DNA of 64,000 nt from an uncultured Pelagibacteraceae bacterium (lineage in GTDB: Bacteria; Pseudomonadota; Alphaproteobacteria; Pelagibacterales; Pelagibacteraceae), in assembly GCA_902626575.1 (NCBI GenBank), contig CACOFY010000002.1:58207-122206 (forward strand), read 5' to 3'. The first letter of the stretch is position 1. Each line of letters begins with the position of its first letter. Under the pieces are notes generated by a model. The model saw only the letters and a program-made list of their open reading frames with translations, did not search any database and was not told the origin of the DNA. Shown piece after piece: positions 59,271 through 64,000 of the stretch. The position numbers and the translations under genes are program-made.

Positions 59271-59741
59271 ATGGCAATTCATTTAACTTCGCAAAAAATT
59301 TTAAAAGATTGGACAGATTATAACAATCATATGAATGTGGCTTACTATGTTTTAATTTTTGACCTTTACGGTGCAGAAAAATTAATGACATCATTTAACA
59401 TGGGTGAAGCATCCGCAAAGAGTACAAAAAAAAGCACAATGGTTGTTGAATCTCATATCACGTATAATCAGGAAGTGAAAGAAGGTGACCAAGTTGATGT
59501 AAATCTACTCTATTTTGATCACGATAAAAAAAGATTACAATATAAACTAGAGATGGTTCACAGCGAGCAAAAATATTTGGCATCCACTATTGAGATTTTA
59601 TCCTTATATGTTGATTTAGGCCAAAGAAAAGTATCTGAATTTGAGGAAGATAAAATTAAACTAATGGAAGATTTTATAAGCAAAAATAAAAATAACTTTA
59701 ATGCTGAAAATCTGATGTTTTCATCTAAACTTAAAAAATAA
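59271..59741 (+). CDS. Hotdog thioesterase (CdhB/betainyl-CoA thioesterase-like)
   Basis: WTDYNNHMNVAYY, ESHITY.QEV, DKKRL; ATG at 59271 preferred. Confidence 0.82.
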   Translation: MAIHLTSQKILKDWTDYNNHMNVAYYVLIFDLYGAEKLMTSFNMGEASAKSTKKSTMVVESHITYNQEVKEGDQVDVNLLYFDHDKKRLQYKLEMVHSEQKYLASTIEILSLYVDLGQRKVSEFEEDKIKLMEDFISKNKNNFNAENLMFSSKLKK

Positions 59742-59743
59742 AC

Positions 59744-60601
59744 TCAAATTTTTTCTTTTCTTGTTGCTATGTAAACTCCTATAGTTGCAACTAAAAAACC
59801 AAATATATCTATTACATTAAGTGTTTCATTTAGAAATATCCATGCAATAAGTGCTGAAGTTGGTGGTATTAGGAAAAAAACTGAAACAGTTTTGCTAGCT
59901 GAGTTATTTTTTATTAAATACATTAGGATAGTAAAAGCACCAAAAGACACTAATAAAATTTGATGTGACATTGCTAATATAAAAGTTGGGCTAAAAGAGA
60001 TTTCAGGTTTTGCAAAAAAAATAATAACTAAAATATGAAATAAGCACCCTCCTATTGCTTGATACATATTGCTTGAAGAAAGCGGCAAATTATTACTTAA
60101 TTTTTTTTGCCAAATTGTTGAAAATGTAATTGCAAAAAGACTTATAAAAGCCGCTAAAACACCATTTAAAGGTAAGTTTTTGCCAATATCAAAACCAAGG
60201 ACAAGACTTGCCCCAGTAAATCCTAATATCATACCGATCCATTGAGGTTTTGTTATTTTTTCATTAAGCAACGGTCCTGCTAAGATATTTGTTAAAACTG
60301 GTTGTAAAGTTACAATTAATGCTGTGATACCTGTGGGCATTCCTATTGAAATTGAATAAAAAACTCCTCCCAAGTAAAATCCGTGAAAAAGAACTCCGCT
60401 TAAAATTGATTGAATAACATTTTTATTTGAAGATTTTAAAGTGTTTTTTGCAAAAATAGAAAATATAAAAAATCCTATTGAAACAAAAAAAAATCTAAAT
60501 GCTAAAGCAGCAAAAGGATCACTATAATCTATAATAGGTTTTGTAGTTATAAATGCAGAAGACCAAAGTAATATAAATATTATTGGAAACAGCTTTATCA
60601 T
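59744..60601 (-). CDS. DMT/EamA family transporter
   Basis: Ten TMs; LWSSAF, LQPVLT, LNEK, FLIPP. Confidence 0.9.
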   Translation of the reverse strand: MIKLFPIIFILLWSSAFITTKPIIDYSDPFAALAFRFFFVSIGFFIFSIFAKNTLKSSNKNVIQSILSGVLFHGFYLGGVFYSISIGMPTGITALIVTLQPVLTNILAGPLLNEKITKPQWIGMILGFTGASLVLGFDIGKNLPLNGVLAAFISLFAITFSTIWQKKLSNNLPLSSSNMYQAIGGCLFHILVIIFFAKPEISFSPTFILAMSHQILLVSFGAFTILMYLIKNNSASKTVSVFFLIPPTSALIAWIFLNETLNVIDIFGFLVATIGVYIATRKEKI

Positions 60602-60748
60602 TAATTATACCTATATTAATTTCACGTGAAACCACAGAAAAACCTGCGATTGAAAATATTAATATTATTTTTTAAATCTACTACATGATGTATGTAATTT
60701 AATATTTATTCTACCTATAATTGAAGTTTCAATGTATGCTTAGAAGTG

Positions 60749-61666
60749 ATGAAAACTGACTTTTTTAAAACTATAAAAATTCTTGATGGAGGTATGGGGC
60801 AAGAGTTGCTTGCAAGGGGTCTAATTTCAAAAGGAACTCTTTGGTCTGCAAGCGCTCTAATAAATGAGGAAAATCACGGTTTAATTATCGATACTCATCG
60901 ATCATTTATTGATGCTGGAGCTGATGTAATTGTAACTAATAACTTTAGCGCAAGAAAGGTTAGGCTTGAACAAAACAGAGTGGAAAATACTTTTGAATAT
61001 ATCAATAAAAAAGCTGGTGAGTTGGCTGTAAAAGCTAGAGACATTTCGAAAAAAAATGTTTTGATTGCCGGCGGCTTACCTCCGCAAAATGGTACTTATG
61101 TTCCAGATGAAAGAGATAAAACTATCATTGAAAAAAATTTTAAAGAGCAATCTGAGTTAATAAATCCATACATAGATTTTTTCTATTTAGATGTTTTTTC
61201 TAGTAGCTGGGAAGTTGAAATTGCTCTAGATATAATTGAAAAATTCAAAAAGCCAGTTTTAGTAGGATTACACTTTAAAAAAAATGGAAAACTTCCAACA
61301 GGTGAAAATATATCTGAGGTTATAAAAAAATATAAAAAACATAATTGGCTTGGAATAATTGCGGCATGTGTTTCATTAGAAATTATTGAAGAACATATCG
61401 ATAAACTTAAATCTTTTGATTTACCATTTGGGTTAAAAGCCAACCTATGGAAAGAGCAAGAACCTTTGCCAGTACATAAATTTAATCATTCTAAACCTAA
61501 TGAAATTGGAAAAAATCCAAATGAAATTATGGGTTCTAGAAAGGAGGTGACTGGTGAAATTTTTTACGATTTTTCAAAGAGACTTAAAGACAAGGGAGCA
61601 ACAATTTTTGGTGGTTGTTGCGAAACAAATTCTTCACATATAGCTGCATTATCAAAGCTTAAATAA
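60749..61666 (+). CDS. Homocysteine S-methyltransferase family protein (MmuM/BHMT-like)
   Basis: LDGGMGQEL, LWSA, HRSFIDAGAD, GGCC zinc motif. Confidence 0.88.
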   Translation: MKTDFFKTIKILDGGMGQELLARGLISKGTLWSASALINEENHGLIIDTHRSFIDAGADVIVTNNFSARKVRLEQNRVENTFEYINKKAGELAVKARDISKKNVLIAGGLPPQNGTYVPDERDKTIIEKNFKEQSELINPYIDFFYLDVFSSSWEVEIALDIIEKFKKPVLVGLHFKKNGKLPTGENISEVIKKYKKHNWLGIIAACVSLEIIEEHIDKLKSFDLPFGLKANLWKEQEPLPVHKFNHSKPNEIGKNPNEIMGSRKEVTGEIFYDFSKRLKDKGATIFGGCCETNSSHIAALSKLK

Positions 61667-62546
61667 GCTTCTTTTGATCACCTTTTTTTACAAAATAAAT
61701 TCCGATAATTATTGCTAATAAAGAAATAAGTACTTTTGTGGTAATAACTTCTTTTAAAAAAATATAACTTAAAATAACACCAAAAATTGGTATTAAATAA
61801 GCTACTTGTGACTGAAATATCAATCCATTTTGTTTTAATATTCTAAATCGTAATAACCAAGCAATTCCCGTTGATACTATTCCTAAATAAATCACTGATA
61901 TTGTTGAGTCAAGTCTTGGTGTGTAATTCCAAGGCTGCTCTAAAAAACTTACAAGTGGTAAAAGTATAATTGTTGCCCAAATTAGAATTGACCCTGTAAC
62001 GTTTTCGTTTCTTTTTTTACTTATTTTTAAAGTTAAAACTCCACCAATTACATAACAAGTTGAACCAAATAATATCAGTAAAGCTGAAATAAAATTATTT
62101 TCATTAATTACAATATTATCTGAAAATAAATAAACTATTCCAAAAAAACCAATAAGCACTCCTATTGTTTTTATTAAATTAAATTTTTCATTTTTAGTAT
62201 AAAAATGACCTAGTATTGTTGAGCTCAAAGGTGTAGTCGACATAAGAATTGCTGCTAGATTACTTTGAACAGATTTAACTCCATAAGCTATTAAAAAAAA
62301 GGGTACAACTAAATTTATGAAACCTATAGAGGCAAACCAAGGCCAATCCTTTGAGAAAGCCTCAATTTTAATTTTTTTATAATAGCAAAGTAAAAGAACA
62401 GGTATTGATCCAAGTAAAACTCTTAGAAAAGCAATTGTTACAGGTCCAAATGAGTACGTTGATATTTTTATGTTAAAAAAAGCCGAGGCCCAAATTAATG
62501 CCAATATAACAAGCAAAGTATAATCTGTTAATGTTGGATGTTTCAT
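61659..62546 (-). CDS. DMT/EamA family transporter
   Basis: IWASAF, VPFFLIAYG, YLIPIFGV, LKE. Confidence 0.9.
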   Translation of the reverse strand: MKHPTLTDYTLLVILALIWASAFFNIKISTYSFGPVTIAFLRVLLGSIPVLLLCYYKKIKIEAFSKDWPWFASIGFINLVVPFFLIAYGVKSVQSNLAAILMSTTPLSSTILGHFYTKNEKFNLIKTIGVLIGFFGIVYLFSDNIVINENNFISALLILFGSTCYVIGGVLTLKISKKRNENVTGSILIWATIILLPLVSFLEQPWNYTPRLDSTISVIYLGIVSTGIAWLLRFRILKQNGLIFQSQVAYLIPIFGVILSYIFLKEVITTKVLISLLAIIIGIYFVKKGDQKKLI

Positions 62547-63025
62547 TCGGAAATCTCCATAATTTTTCCGTTAGTAATTTTCAATAAATTTTCTAAATCA
62601 ATTTTAAAAATTGCATTAGGGTGACCAGCAGCTGCATAAATATCATTAAATCTATTAAGTTGGTTATCAATCATAATTTCAATCTTTTTCCTTAAACCAA
62701 TTGGAGAAACTCCGCCAATCGTAAAGCCTGTCTGTGTTTTTACAGACTCAGCATTAGCCATACAAACATCCTTTTTGCCAGTAATTTTTTTTAGTTTATT
62801 TAAGGAACAGCGTTTATCACCAGAAATTAGACAAAGTATAAACGTGTCCTCTGTCCTAATTAAAAGACTTTTAACAATAGCTCCCACTTCACATTGTAAA
62901 GCTTTTGATGCATCTAATGCAGTCCTTGCAGATTGATCTAATATTTGAACGCGATAAGATTTATTGAAATTTTCTAATGCATGTATCACTCTTTTGACAG
63001 CTTCCTTATTTAACAAATTTTCCAT
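62543..63025 (-). CDS. YbaK/EbsC aminoacyl-tRNA deacylase family protein
   Basis: IVKSL, TGFTIGGVSP, AAAG. Confidence 0.92.
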   Translation of the reverse strand: MENLLNKEAVKRVIHALENFNKSYRVQILDQSARTALDASKALQCEVGAIVKSLLIRTEDTFILCLISGDKRCSLNKLKKITGKKDVCMANAESVKTQTGFTIGGVSPIGLRKKIEIMIDNQLNRFNDIYAAAGHPNAIFKIDLENLLKITNGKIMEISE

Positions 63026-63159
63026 ACAACTAAAAATTGATTGCTTTATCTATATAACTAATATTCTATATATGCACTATTTGCATAGGAGATATTAATT
63101 ATATAGGCGATATTATTGCACTATTTTTTGATATTAACCACGGGTAACTAGAGAGATTT

Positions 63160-64000
63160 ATGAGTGCAAAAGATGTATTAAAAACTATTAAAGATAAAGA
63201 GATAGAATACGTAGATTTAAGATTTACAGATCCACGTGGAAAATTGCAACATGTCACTATGGACGGTAATATGGTGGACAATGAAATGCTTAATGAGGGA
63301 ATTTTCTTTGATGGTTCATCTATAGCTGGTTGGAAGGCAATTAATGAGTCTGATATGATTTTAAAGCCAGATTTATCTAGAACAATTGTAGATCCTTTTA
63401 CTTCTCACAACACGCTAAACATATTTTGTGATGTATTGGATGCAATAAAAAAAGATCCATACGAAAGAGATCCAAGAGGTACTGCAAAAAAAGCTGAAGC
63501 ATATTTAAAAACGTCAGGTATTGGGGATAAAGCATATTTTGGACCTGAAGCAGAATTTTTTGTATTTGATGATGTGAGATTTAAAAATGACATGAATGAA
63601 ACTGGATTTAAAATTGATAGCACAGAAGGTCCTTATAACAGTGGAAGAAAATATGAAAATGGTAACATGGGTCATAGACCAGGAATAAAGGGCGGATATT
63701 TTCCTGTACCACCAGTTGATAGCGCACAAGATATGAGAAGTGAGTATTTAAAAGCAATGAAGGATATGGGTATTAAAGTTGAAAAACATCATCATGAAGT
63801 TGCTCCAAGTCAACATGAGCTCGGTATGTATTTTGGTACATTAGTTGATCAAGCAGATAATTTACAACTTTATAAATATGCTGTTCACATGGTTTCACAC
63901 TCTTTTGGCAAAACCGCAACTTTCATGCCAAAGCCTGTAAAAGGTGATAATGGTTCAGGTATGCATGTACACCAATCAATTTGGAAAGGAGATACTGCAT
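63160..64000 (+). CDS. glnA: Type I glutamine synthetase, 5' part (runs off the window edge; not in the ORF track)
   Basis: Manual translation from ATG 63160: MSAKDVLKTIKDKEIEYVDLRFTD...FDGSSIAGW...ESDM...RDPR...GPEAEFF...GHRP...GGYFPVPP...HHHEVA...TFMPKP...NGSGMHVH. Confidence 0.97.
   Translation, partial: MSAKDVLKTIKDKEIEYVDLRFTDPRGKLQHVTMDGNMVDNEMLNEGIFFDGSSIAGWKAINESDMILKPDLSRTIVDPFTSHNTLNIFCDVLDAIKKDPYERDPRGTAKKAEAYLKTSGIGDKAYFGPEAEFFVFDDVRFKNDMNETGFKIDSTEGPYNSGRKYENGNMGHRPGIKGGYFPVPPVDSAQDMRSEYLKAMKDMGIKVEKHHHEVAPSQHELGMYFGTLVDQADNLQLYKYAVHMVSHSFGKTATFMPKPVKGDNGSGMHVHQSIWKGDTA

Noticed and set aside
60602-60748. Expected SAM-V/SAM-II riboswitch upstream of the homocysteine methyltransferase
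   Set aside because: I could not find the conserved core or pseudoknot pairing by eye. An Infernal/Rfam scan would be needed to exclude a divergent copy.
110-63729. Many 60-140 aa antisense or overlapping ORFs in the track (e.g. 44569-44997, 58112-58519, 21405-21713, 63405-63623)
   Set aside because: They lie opposite or inside well-supported genes, lack motifs, and read like reverse-strand shadows.

Overview
AT-rich, very gene-dense bacterial chromosome segment with tiny or overlapping intergenic spaces. Gene content and style are most consistent with a marine Pelagibacterales (SAR11) alphaproteobacterium; this is an inference, not a database match. From left to right it holds: a polyamine/SAM by-product salvage operon (mtnP-mtnA-small ORF-class II aldolase-fused speD/speE, with divergent apt); a surface-glycosylation island around tRNA-Met and a type IV pilin; an amine/sulfonate catabolism region (GcvT-family dehydrogenase, SET-domain protein, ald, omega-aminotransferase, tauABC, Ldh2, pta-like, hpsN); an aox-flavodoxin-cupredoxin-DUF4396 run; a sulfur/redox block (peroxiredoxin, persulfide dioxygenase, cysE, cysK); small accessory proteins; two autotransporter-like paralogs; then ppc, aldehyde dehydrogenases, transporters and the start of glnA. 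The strongest new observation is an unannotated 39-aa, 11-cysteine metallothionein-like ORF (36488-36607) directly upstream of cysE-cysK and near copper-related and copper-independent respiratory genes. Other oddities are two SMR transporters lacking the conserved membrane Glu14, an in-frame histone-H1-like polylysine extension on AldB, and a SET-domain gene embedded in a catabolic operon. No CRISPR array, integrase or transposase was seen.
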